From Takakia lepidozioides (taxonomy: Eukaryota; Plantae; Bryophyta): a DNA stretch of 64,000 nt. The translations under genes and the position numbers were made by a program. This document shows positions 36,930 to 48,253 of the stretch, in pieces. The notes under the pieces were generated by a model that worked only from the letters and a program-made list of their open reading frames with translations, was not told the origin of the DNA and ran no database searches. The stretch covers positions 57,846,001 to 57,910,000 of the forward strand of contig CM060733.1 of NCBI GenBank assembly GCA_030704615.1, given 5' to 3'. The stretch's first letter is position 1. Each line of letters starts with the position of its first letter.

Positions 36930-37953
36930 CTGGTATATTCACCATATATGTGGTGGTACATGTCCCAGTAGAGCATTGCCAGGCCAAGTATTTTCCACTC
37001 ATGGATATGAATTATGTCTGGTTGGGTTCTTGTGATCTGTGTGTATAAGAAGAACGATAAAAGTGGGGTGATCTAGATGGGTTAGTGGTCTCAAATGAAC
37101 AAAGTTCCTAAGGTTGAATGTTTGGGCCTCTGGACTGCAACAATATCAAACTAGCCACACTTTTGTCTGAACAATCTTTACACTATCTAGTATCTAGCTT
37201 TGTAGAAAGCATGAATTCTATTTCTGACCTAATTGTAATATGATCGATTTCACAAGGGGCTGATGGAGCATACATGTCAAGTTATCAAATTGTGAAGGGC
37301 AACAGCTCAGACCTGCATCCATTCAAGGCTGGCACGGCTGAAAAACAAATATGCTTGGAGGTCATCATAAGACCCTCCATAGATTTGTGACCCCTTCAAA
37401 AATTGGTTGTTTGGCTCCAAATAGAATGGGTACTCCCAAGACCTTACCACGATAAATGTGAATGGGCACCCAATTCTCCCCTATGATATGATGAATATGA
37501 GACGGCAAGAACAAGGCCCTCGATCTCATCCTTAGGTATCTTCTCATAGAAAGGTAGCATCACCTCCACTTTATGTCCCCTTTCAAGTCATGCCCAAGCA
37601 GGACCAGTTAGTACATCCCCTAAACCCCCCACTTTGGCCAAGGGGGCCATCTCTGATGTCATGTGTATTATGTATGCCAGATCCTTATCCAGACATATGC
37701 CCTTTGATGAGCTCATGCTAACTGCAATTGCCTTTGAATCACCTTGTTTTGGGTTATTTTGTTTCCAAAAAGGAATTTCATCATCAGGAGATGGCCACAC
37801 AATGTTTGCGATTGTGGGAAGAGGCCTGACAGGCCCTGGCTGCAAGAAACTTCTTGTATTGTGATTTGGCTGTGAGCCTCCTCCTCTTGTTGCGATCTCT
37901 TCACAAATCTCAAGCATCACGGGAGAAACATCAAGTTTGCACAAACAGGGCAC
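36930..37953 (-). pseudogene. Captured starch synthase (GT5; SS4/SS6-like) gene fragment with its intron
   Basis: NIVWPSPDDEIPFWK..IIHMTSEMAPLAKVGGLGDVLTG..*LERGHKVEVMLPFYE..EPNNQFLKGSQIYGGSYDDLQAYLFFSRASLEWMQ, then an intron, then ITRTQPDII..HEW..LAMLYWDMYHH. KVGGL is the ADP-glucose-binding motif. Stops and frameshifts present. Confidence 0.85.
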
Positions 37954-38225
37954 ATTCTAGCTAAGAGCACTTGGCAGGTATTCAATAACTGATACTTAAC
38001 TTACCCAGGGCAGATATATGGATACTCATTATTAGACCCAATTTAACAAATCCAAAATGTGCATGTACTCTTGTTGAACGCAGTAGGTATCCTGGTAAGT
38101 TTCATTTGATTATTGCATATGTGTTGGAACACCTTTCCAGTGAGTGAGAGCCTAGGAAACTGTGAACTCACCTTAAGAAAAAATAGAACGAAATAGCCAC
38201 ATCAAATGTAAGGAAAAGCTTTCAA

Positions 38226-38345
38226 ATATATATATATATATATGTGTATTTATCAGAAATTAGGTTGTGCCAATCTGAACTAAGTTGTGCCAACAACCTG
38301 GCGCCGCCTCCCTTAGTGGCGCCACCAACCTTGTTGGTGCCCCGT
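38226..38345 (+). repeat. Internal third copy of a TIR sub-block
   Basis: (TA)n-TGTATTTATCAGAAATTAGGTTGTGCCAATCTGAACTAAGTTGTGCCAACAACCTGGCGCC matches 43990-44071 (direct) and 29240-29340 (inverted). Confidence 0.9.
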
Positions 38346-39979
38346 GCCTAAGATATTATGGTTTATTGTTAAGGTGCTGTGCAGGTTGAAGGGTTGATCT
38401 GGAGCTTCATGATAGGTGAAGAACCTATCTTGAATTCGAGGAAAAAACAACAGCTGTTAGTCCAAGAATCCGGAAGATGGCTAGGTTTGAAGAACCTGTC
38501 CCTATATTTTTACTTCACATCTCGGAGCATACAGGTATAGCCCTCACCAACAGTAGTGTGGTCAAACAGCAGTTTCAAAACTCACTGCTTTTCTGTTGAT
38601 GAATCATGCATTTTGCTCTAAAGCCTGTGTGTACAGAAAGAGACCAAAAATGCACGATTCATCAAAGTGATAGTAGTGTGCGCGGCCACCAGTCTTGCAA
38701 AGTACAACCTTTTTGTACTATCTGATTCACAAAACTCCGCTGGTTGCCTGCCGACAAACTGCTCCCTTCCAGGGAACTTCTACCAGCACCACTCGGGATG
38801 CCCCAATCCGTGAAACTCCCTTCCTCGATGCCTTTGTAGAAGCGCAGTGCACATGGTCGGCTGATATAAGTAGCTTCTCCCCAACGGCTTCAGAAAAGAC
38901 CACCAAATCAAGGACCCAACGCTGATTCATGGCATCTCTGCCACTAATTGAAGACATCTCTGCTGTTCAGGTCCGTGCTTAGAAAATAATGCAGTATAAA
39001 CAACAAATGACACATGATGATGGAGGACCCACCATTGAATGAAGGCATCTTTGCAGTTGGCCATGTCTCTTCTCCAAAAAACATGCAGTATAAAAAAAAG
39101 TGTACATGGCACACGATAATAAAGGTGCTTTGGATGTTTTTTGGCGCATGATGTGCGCAAGATGATGTTTGTGCGGTGGATGATGTCGATGGATGATTGA
39201 TGATGTCGGTCGATGATTCATGATGTCGGTTGATGGATGATGGATGGATGGATGGTTCATGGATGATCTCAGATGATCATCATGATGTCGGTGCGTTGTA
39301 TGATGCACATGCGCTGGATGAAAAACGTTGACAGTTAGGGTTTTTACAATGTACATGTACCCCCCAATATTATGTAGATCATTTATAAGTATATCATATA
39401 ACCAATAAGACCTTATATATAACCTCAGATAGCATAGGTTGTCAGAGTTGTAGACGTTGTATACATGTATCATTAATATACAATAGATAATGGTAGCAAT
39501 CATCGGTACCCTTGTTGCTTTGCCCATTCACATTGGTCGGATCACATACCTGGCATCTTGGAGGTATGCCTGGCATGTTAGTTTTTCTCCTCTGGATGAT
39601 ATATCTCACCTTGCTTGATCCATACATTCTTGTGTTTGAGGCATCTACATATTGAGCTACAAAGAAGTCATGATATTGACCATTCTTTATAATCATTGCC
39701 TTCTTGAGTGTCACTAGTGGCAGAGGAATCATGACAGTCTATTGGTATGTTGAGATTAGTGATGGTGGTTACACTAGTATCACATTTGCAGCTCCCCTCT
39801 CAAGAAATATTACAATTTGAACTACTTTGACGGTCACACTTTCTGCAATTAAATATACCTCTTATGCTCTGGAGCAAGAAGAGTGAATCCCAACCTCACC
39901 AATAGGAGATTGCAGTCACAATTATGGCAGTTTAATAGAAAAAATGTTGCACAATTAGGACGGATTGTATCATGTGGGA

Positions 39980-40620
39980 TCAATGGCCATAAGGCTACTG
40001 CATGTACCGATGTGTGAAGAATTTCATCTACAAATGGACTTCACCAGATAGTAACATGTTAAGCGGTAAACCACTGATGGTACGCAGGAAGGAAGGAAGA
40101 TGACGTGCTGGATGGTATGATAAAGGATGGTCTGCATTAGTTTGGCATGAGAGTCTGTTCTGATTGTTGGATTTTGTAGTAGTTATCCATGGAAATTTTT
40201 CTCCAATCTGTTTCTGGCAAAGCAGACAAATGGAAGGGGAAATTGAGAGCAAATAATGAGGAGATGGGTTTCCGAGAGATGTAACATTGTAGAGTAGGGG
40301 CATCTTTGGAATAGGATGACAATGAGCTCAGGGCAATGCATGCAGGCCGTATGGAAGTTCCTTTAATGGAAGGAAGCTGATTGATTCACGGTATCTTATA
40401 GTTGCTGGAAGCATCTCATTCAATACTGTCTGAGACTGTCTTGCAAAGTTCTACAAACATAGTCATTGTGAAGGTATCTATGGATTTACTTGCAGTTTTT
40501 CCAAGATGCAAGTGCCTTGATGGGTGGTTGGTTGTTTTGTTTAGTGTTGGTACAGACTTGATGGTTGTTTTCATAGACTCTATGAAAACCATGGGGAGAA
40601 AATGAAATCATTTTTTAATG
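39980..40620 (-). mobile_element. Highly decayed LINE C-terminal remnant
   Basis: Minus frame LQCYISRKPISSLFALNFPFHLSALPETDWRK..TLMPN*C loosely resembles LINE C-termini. A GTAGCC-TTAT-GGCCAT hairpin lies at 39984-39999. Confidence 0.4.
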
Positions 40621-42547
40621 TTCGCCCACGAGTGTGTAGGGAATGCTGATTATTCCAAACTAGTAAATGGAACAAGTCTTTACACTGAATGGAAGTGCAT
40701 TGGAGCCTTTTTGGAAAAGTCGGATTGTATTATGTCATATTTTTCTTACAGGTAGAATAAGATATTCATTATGCCCGGTGGAAGCTGGAAGCTGGGTCTG
40801 TGGTCTAGAGAAAGTTTCAAATGAGATTTTGCGTCTAAATAAGACTAAGAGGGACAGATCAGGTTTTCAATTTGTAGACCTTGAATCATATCTGCTATGC
40901 GTCGCCATCTTAGCACCATTCATCCCCTCGTAAGTTGGCACATGTATGTTTTGCGAAATGTCCTCTTTAGTGCACATTACTGTTGCATTTGTAGTTGAAA
41001 AATATTGTTGTCTGCCTGAATGTGGTGCTCTGGTATTAAACGATGTGTAGACAAAAAATGCGAGATATCAACACACAACAATCTCTCAAGTGCCTCCAAC
41101 TTGAACTTGGGGATCCAGTCCTGACTAGTGTATTTGAGTAATTTGGCAGGTAATTTGAAGTGAAACGAGTAGTTTCACTCTATCATGGGCTCGTGAAGTT
41201 TATATAAGGATCGCCAATGCGGTAATCAGACATAGAGAGGGTGTCTGCAGCCCGAGCCACGGCCTTCTTCTTGCTTTCCAACCAAGAAGCTGATGTACTA
41301 TACTTGCATGTGTTCTTTGAAAAACATTCTCTGCTCACCAGGATTCCGGTATTCATCTGTCAGAGCGGATCCCATGAAGTATTGTTTGTCAACAGATATG
41401 GATTTGCCACATGACCTTTGGTTAATGTCACTAAGGCATTCTCAAGCTTCTTGCATTACATGTCAAGGTCTGCAGAACAAACAGACCTGAAGCAGGGTCC
41501 ATGGAGGGTCTAAAAAAGTCCTAGAGAACGATGACCTTGCCAGAATATTAGAAGATGTTGCAGGACCCAAAGGTGGAGGATGCAGCTCAGATATTGAAAG
41601 CATTGGCTGTGCATCGTGGGGACCGGGTGCGTATCATAATGGAGTTGCTAGAGTGTGGGATGAGACCCAAACTGGGGGGGATCGAGTTTATCTACCCTGT
41701 TCAAATCCACTACAAGATGCTATCTCGGAGGTTGGATTCACTCATTTCCTCTTTTTCAGTTTGTTACAGCTTCAGTTAAAGAAAACGAGTGGTGGAATCT
41801 TTGAGTCATAAGAATCTTCTATGTTTCCCACAATATGTCTCTCACTTCCACATCTTAAACCAGGTGTTTGTCTACCACCACAATGCTAATGCAAAGTACA
41901 CTTTTACCACTCTCTGCTGTGTCCCTTGGCCATTCTATAGATGTGATTATGTCGAAGATGTAGTACTTCAAAGGTTTTTGAATCGGGGAATGTCTGGAAA
42001 CTTTTTTTGGGTCGTCTGGGCATGGAGTGGATATGATGAACTTTTTCCCTTGTCTGATGCCTTCTTGACTTGTCTCTTGCAGTTGTACTTTATTTCAATT
42101 TCAGATTTTTCATATGACAAATTCTGAAACACTGCAGTAAATGAAGCTTTGATCACAATCTTGAAAGGGAATTTTACAGCATATGGCCCATTGTCTCATT
42201 TTTCTGCGCCTGAGTATGGTGGGCTTAAATGCCAAACACAGTCACCTGACTTCCAATCTGTCTCTACTGGACCGAGCAGTCTGCAATGGCTGGGTCTGAG
42301 GAACTGGAAATGCGTGGGCCGGGACGTCTGTGCATTGCACCATTCAAAATCCTGCTGCAGAAAGAGCATCCGCCTCATTCTGAGAGAGGTTGCAACCCGG
42401 TGCAACAGGCCACACGCCTGGAGGCTCCGGCATTCCCTGAATCCCGTAATTGGGCTTGCCAAATACATAGGTCATTATGTCGTGCCTACAGAACCAAAAC
42501 GTCTGCGTTGTGGCTTCAGTGGCAGATGTTTGACTCCCATATTTTCT

Positions 42548-43959
42548 CACTCAGAACACTAAGTTGTATAGGTCACTTAGTTCATGCGATATACATACAT
42601 GATCTATATAATAATAGGAGTGCATGTTAGATTGAATATTGAATTATAAAATCTAATCTGCATATTAAAATGATATTTGTTATTCATTTTTTCAATTTGA
42701 TCTCCCAAATCCATGTGATTTTTTATTTAAAACAACTTATTGCACGACAATGAAAAATTTTGTACACATAAATGATCAATATAAGAATAAAAGGTACATG
42801 TAAGAATGAACAGGGAATTGTGATATTTTATATGCATTTTAAAAGGCTGTTATAGGATAGATTTTAATTCGATCTGTCACATATTTTTAATAATTTTTAA
42901 TACAAAATATTTCATTGCATATCTGTCAATACAAAAATTCCAAGTATTACGAACAAACTAGAAAACTATAGAATATACGTCCACACATGTTATTAGATCC
43001 AAATGTTCTTTATCACAATTCCTATGCATCCATCCTAAGCATAGGTTACTCATAATCTTCTTGAATTCATGGGATACACATAAATGATCTATATAATAAT
43101 AGCTAGTGCATGTACGAGTGAATATTAAATTATGAAATCTTATCTGTATTTTAAAATAAATTTTAAATTTTAAAATAAGAATAAACGGGAAATTGTGATA
43201 TTTTTAAGAAGGCTGTTATAGAATAGATTTTAATTGGATCTGTCACATATTTGTAATTTTGGTTAGTTAAGAATATTTCATTGCATATCTGTCAATACAA
43301 AAATTCCAAGTATTACGAACAAACTAGAAAACTATAGAGTATACGTGCACACATGTTATTAGATCCAATTGTTCTTTATCACAATTCCTATGCATCCATC
43401 CTATGCATAGGTTACTCATAATCTTCTTGAATTCATGGGATACACATAAATGATCTATATAATAATAGCAAGTGCGTGTACGAGTGAATATTAAATTATG
43501 AAATCTTATCTGCATTTTAAAATATTTTTTTATTTTTTTATAATCCGGTCTCATACATCCTTGTATTTTTAATTAAAAATAACTTTATTGCAGGACAATG
43601 AAAATATTCTACTTATGAGACTCTGTACATATAAATGACCAATATAATAATAGAAAACACATGTAAGAGTGATCATTGAATTGTGATATTTCATATGCAT
43701 TTAATAAGGCTGTTATAGGATATATTTTAATTCAATCTCTACCCCTTTGTGATTTTTTAATTCACAATATTTTATTGCATATCTCATAATATAAAAATTC
43801 TAAGTAATACGAATAAACTAGAACACTATAGATTATACGTCCACATATTAGATCTAGTTGTTCTTTCAATATCATCAAATTATTACGTTATAGTCCAACA
43901 TTCTTAAAGACAAGGTCTCATCATATTTGAATTATGCAAATGACCCTAAACCCTCTATG

Positions 43960-43992
<33 letters not shown>

Positions 43993-44452
43993 ATTTATCA
44001 GAAATTAGGTTGTGCCAATCTGAACTAAGTTGTGCCAACAACCTGGCGCCGCCTCCATTGGTGGCGCCACCTACGCTTTTGACGCCCATGTTGTCAACAG
44101 GTGGTGTGAACAACTAAGTTGATTTGTCGAGGGACGTGGTCATACGGTATTCCTTCGTGTACCAAATGCTCGACAAATCAAAGATGAAAGCATCTAAGCA
44201 TAAATTTGAAGGATCTAAGAATCTATTAGAGAATATTTGCTGAACAAGTGGGATGAAAACATGGGCATTTGGTATTCCAACGCATACCGTTTGCCCACAA
44301 AATCAACCATGGACAAATCATCTACAACCACTAGTGGTTGATTTGTCGAGGGTCCTAGATGATTTGTCGATGGTTGTAGATGATTTGTTGAGGGTCGTAG
44401 ATGTCGAGGGTTGTAGATGATAGTAAAATTGTCGAACATTTGGTATTCCATA
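42548..44452 (-). repeat. Right long TIR of the giant element
   Basis: Reverse complement of 28854-30763. Confidence 0.9.
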
Positions 44453-47400
44453 GCTTTCTGCCATAACCAATAACCACGTTGGATTATAACAAATGCATGG
44501 AATTCATGCCCTGCCTTGTTGTATTAGTAATTGGTTGTAAAGTGATCCCAAATTCTACACACTAATCTAGGTGGCACCTTTTAATGTATAGGAAGTTTCG
44601 TGCTGGATGAAACCCTAAATTTGTTACTGAAAAACATATCTTGACCACATGCACCAACTTGACCGGATGAACTACATCCTATTTACACATTTCATCTATG
44701 TATGGATGGAATATTTCATCTACCCATGTCTTAATTGATTGTGTGAATTTTAGAATCAGTAACACCCTCCAAAAAACGTTTAGTCGTCCTGGACTCTCTT
44801 CATAGTTCTGCATTTGTACTTTACGAATGGAAACTATTTGTGGTCAGCACGGGAATGTGAATGAAAACCGAGAACTTCATCCACAGACTTCATCTTCATC
44901 TGCAGATTTCATCCACATACTTCATCCAATACCTGTCCATCATTGAATGGCTCCCTGAAAATTTCTTCAACCTGGAGACTCCTGAACTCTTTGCCTAAGG
45001 CAGCGGCAACAAAGCCTCCACAAGCAACCCTTAGAAAAAAAAATCCATAACAAACTTCCCTCTTCAAATCTATTTGGTTTTTGGAATTAGGTCTTTTCAA
45101 TAACAAGTTTGGAGATCTCAGTTGTGCTCAGCTGCACCCAAGCCAACCAAAGTTCCAAGAAAATAATAATAATAATATAAGTAGAGGCCACCCCCCAAAG
45201 GCGCAGTAGCCACAAGGCGAAGTGGCTCTTAGTTACGCTGGCTTCGACCGAAGTCTTCTCTCTCTAATAATATATGACGCCTCCCCAAGGAAGTGTAAAA
45301 TATCGTCACGTGTCTCTTCACCCCCAAAGAACTACTGCTTTCCAGCAGGAAGGTGGACACCTTTGTGACATCAATTGGTGGATTGACCCCGCAACCACTT
45401 CCGATGTGATATGTGCCCCACTCGGCTACAACTTGGTTGTTGACAGGAATCACACATAATGTTATGTGGCTACGGAAAAGGCTTCAAAGGGGGCAGTACC
45501 CGCAACGGGAAGAGGCTCTTATTTACCCTAGCTTCGGTTGGCGTCATATATATGTATATATATATATGGCAACTCCACAGAGGTCTTATCTATATAAGCA
45601 GGGCCTTATCAAATTAGTAGTATCCTGATGAGGTTGTGTCATGTATATGAAGGATCCAGAAGCAGTTTTCATCCACACATCTCTTCACACCCAACGAATA
45701 TCCTTCCATGCAAGATACCAGGCCCCATTTTCATCCATCCATTTCCACCACCTAACCACGTTCATCCGACATACCTGTACACAGTACACACAGCTGTCGC
45801 AGCCCGCCCAATTAGTGACTAGTAAGATCGCATTAGTAAGTCACCAGGGATTCGATCTGCTCACCCCATAACGGACTCGCTTATCTTATCGCCTAATCAT
45901 GCGCTTAACACCATTCGCTACCCATATACCATACGAAATACAGTACGACACTCTACCATTCTTTACCTAGGGTACTTTCCAGCAGTAATCTAGCGCGCCC
46001 GTCTTTCCTTTTTAAGACAATTTCATTCCACTAGTAAGTAAATAGTCAGTGTAAGTAGTAAGTGGTGAGTGTCGAGTGTACGAGACCGTACAGAGCCGTA
46101 TATCCGCGTTACACGTGCTCAGCAAACAAGGTGCATGCTGGATCGGTCGCAGCTCGCCACGTGGCCACCAACCGATATTCTGTGTACCCTAGGACGAGTA
46201 CGGTGTGAAAACGGATTGGGCTTCATTATATCCTCCACTACTCCCCCACCTTGTATTCCTACCTGTATTCTACCTGTATCGGGATTCGAGCCTGGTACCT
46301 CAGCTGCAGAAGTACCACCCCGGTGATCCTGGGCTCAAATCCTGCTACCCACTTGTCTGTGTATGGCACTTACTACATTTCCCCCTTCTCTACCCGCCGT
46401 GGGGCCCTCACCGTTGCTAAGAAAAAAGAAAAAAGAAAAGAACTGGACAGCCTAGTGACTCGGCCTGTGAGTTTTTTTTTTTTTTTTCCCTTAAAACGTA
46501 AAGGAAACCCTAATATAATTTCTCTAAAAAGAATATAATTCAGCATACAGTAGTTACTGCAAAAGTACAGGAGAGGGAGAGTAGAGAGTACAGGCAAAGT
46601 GGGTGCTTTAAAAATGGACAGAAATAGGCGATATGGGACAATGATCATGATTTGTAACCGCCATCGCCAAAATCAGCATCGTTGATATGAATGATGACCA
46701 AAATCCCGGAGCAATGAATGGCCCACCCACACCCCTCTCCACTCATCACTCGCCTTCTCGCTACTCACTACTCACTACTCACCACTCACTACTGAGGTGA
46801 CTAGAGAGAGTAGTGACTAGTAAGTAACGAGCGAGCAGTGGGTAGGGCGGGGGAGGCGCCGCAAAAGCGATGAATGATGTGCATCCACAGACGTGGGCCC
46901 AGTCCTGTCTGCCCGCGCGGACGACATTCATCCGAGGAGAGGCGGGAGTAAAGATGCGGGATTATTAGGGGGAAGGGGTTGTGAGGCGGTTAGACGACGT
47001 GGCAGGCTAATGGAGTGATTAGTCGGTCACTAAATTTCGTTACGGACGCCCGCACGCGCGGGGTTGGCTGCCACGCGTGGGGACGGCCGTTATAACATGG
47101 CTATCGCCGGGGTTTCGCCGGATCGATCCCGGAAGTAGCCGTCGGTCTGGTTGTTGGCTAAACTCAATCCTGTGGGTTGCATTAACGGCGAGCGAGTAAG
47201 TGGGTAACTATCTGAGGGGTTAATTAAAGTGGGTGGGGATGAAAAGTGGATGGGGAGGGGATGAATGGCTGGATGGTGGCCCGGTTGTTTGGCGGGTGGG
47301 CGGGCGGGTACAAGCGGGTGGTGGGGAAGGACGGTCACGCGCTGCAATGAGCTCGGGCGCGGCCTACCGACTTCCGTCTGCTCGCGATCTGTGGCGAGGG

Positions 47401-48253
47401 CTGGATTTCTGACACATGATTTGGCAGTCCTGGTTTGGGGTGGCAAGTACTGAGGGGAAGGGTGTGGACGATATGTGGATCTTGTTGTTGAAGATGGCTG
47501 GCGGGGGAGATGGTCCGCGCTAAGTTATCATCAGTCTGTTTGGTACCAGCCTGACTGATCAAACCTCTGCCTTTATTTGGAGGCCTGTCAAGCGTTGATC
47601 GGTGATTGGGAGGGAGAGAGAAAGAATGATATAAGGCTCGAGGCTTGCTGCTGAGAGCTGTTCTAGTTGTCTACACGAACTAGGATGGTTCTTTCGTTGT
47701 AGGGGAGACCTATGTGTGCGAGAGAGAGAGAGAGGGAGAGATTAGAGTTGGGAGCACATGGCATGCAATCCTCACATTACTGAAGGGGGATCCGGGTCAA
47801 AGATTATCACGACTGTGAAAATGAAGTAGCGGAGATGAGCTCTAGCGGGCGTTGTCAACAAGTCTCGTACAACTAGATCAAGATATCTAGAAGCCGATCG
47901 CTTGATTTGATCCGAGAGTCCTCTTTCTGAGAATAGGGAGCCCGGCTCTTTGCGTGAACTTGTACCGTCACAGTTCTCCACAGTACGCAGGGCGAGAAGT
48001 GCAAGACAGGGTGAAGGCTAGGAGTGCTCTTGAAAGGCTCTATCTTAAGAGTCTAGTTGTGCAGGTAGTTGAAGCCAGAAATTAGGACGACGAGTTCGTG
48101 TATCTGACTTTCGTGTCCAGACACGGCCGAATGCAATCCGAAACGTAGATCTGATAGAACTAAGATCATGTAAGAGTCTTACAAGCGCTTGTCTTGTGAC
48201 AGTCAAGACTGGCCTAAACGCGGGGCAGTAATCACAGACAGAAAGGATCATCC

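Larger units (their letters stand above)
28854..44452. mobile_element. Giant (15.6 kb) unclassified TIR element with ~1.9-kb terminal inverted repeats and cargo
   Basis: 28854-30763 is the near-identical reverse complement of 42548-44452 (termini TATGGAATACCAAATG...CATTTGGTATTCCATA). Flanked by the direct repeat GCTTTC at 28848-28853 and 44453-44458. Confidence 0.9.

Noticed and set aside
38979-39527. 182-aa His-rich ORF
   Set aside because: It arises from a low-complexity GAT/ATC repeat tract (39140-39320) and has no domain features.
28854-44452. Polinton/Maverick assignment
   Set aside because: Size, long TIRs and a 6-bp TSD fit, but no pPolB, integrase, ATPase or capsid ORFs are visible and the termini are not AG...CT.
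45200-45230. Hammerhead ribozyme (stem-loop followed by GAA)
   Set aside because: It lacks the CUGANGA core and the GAAA/UH arrangement; reported instead as a loop-E-type motif.
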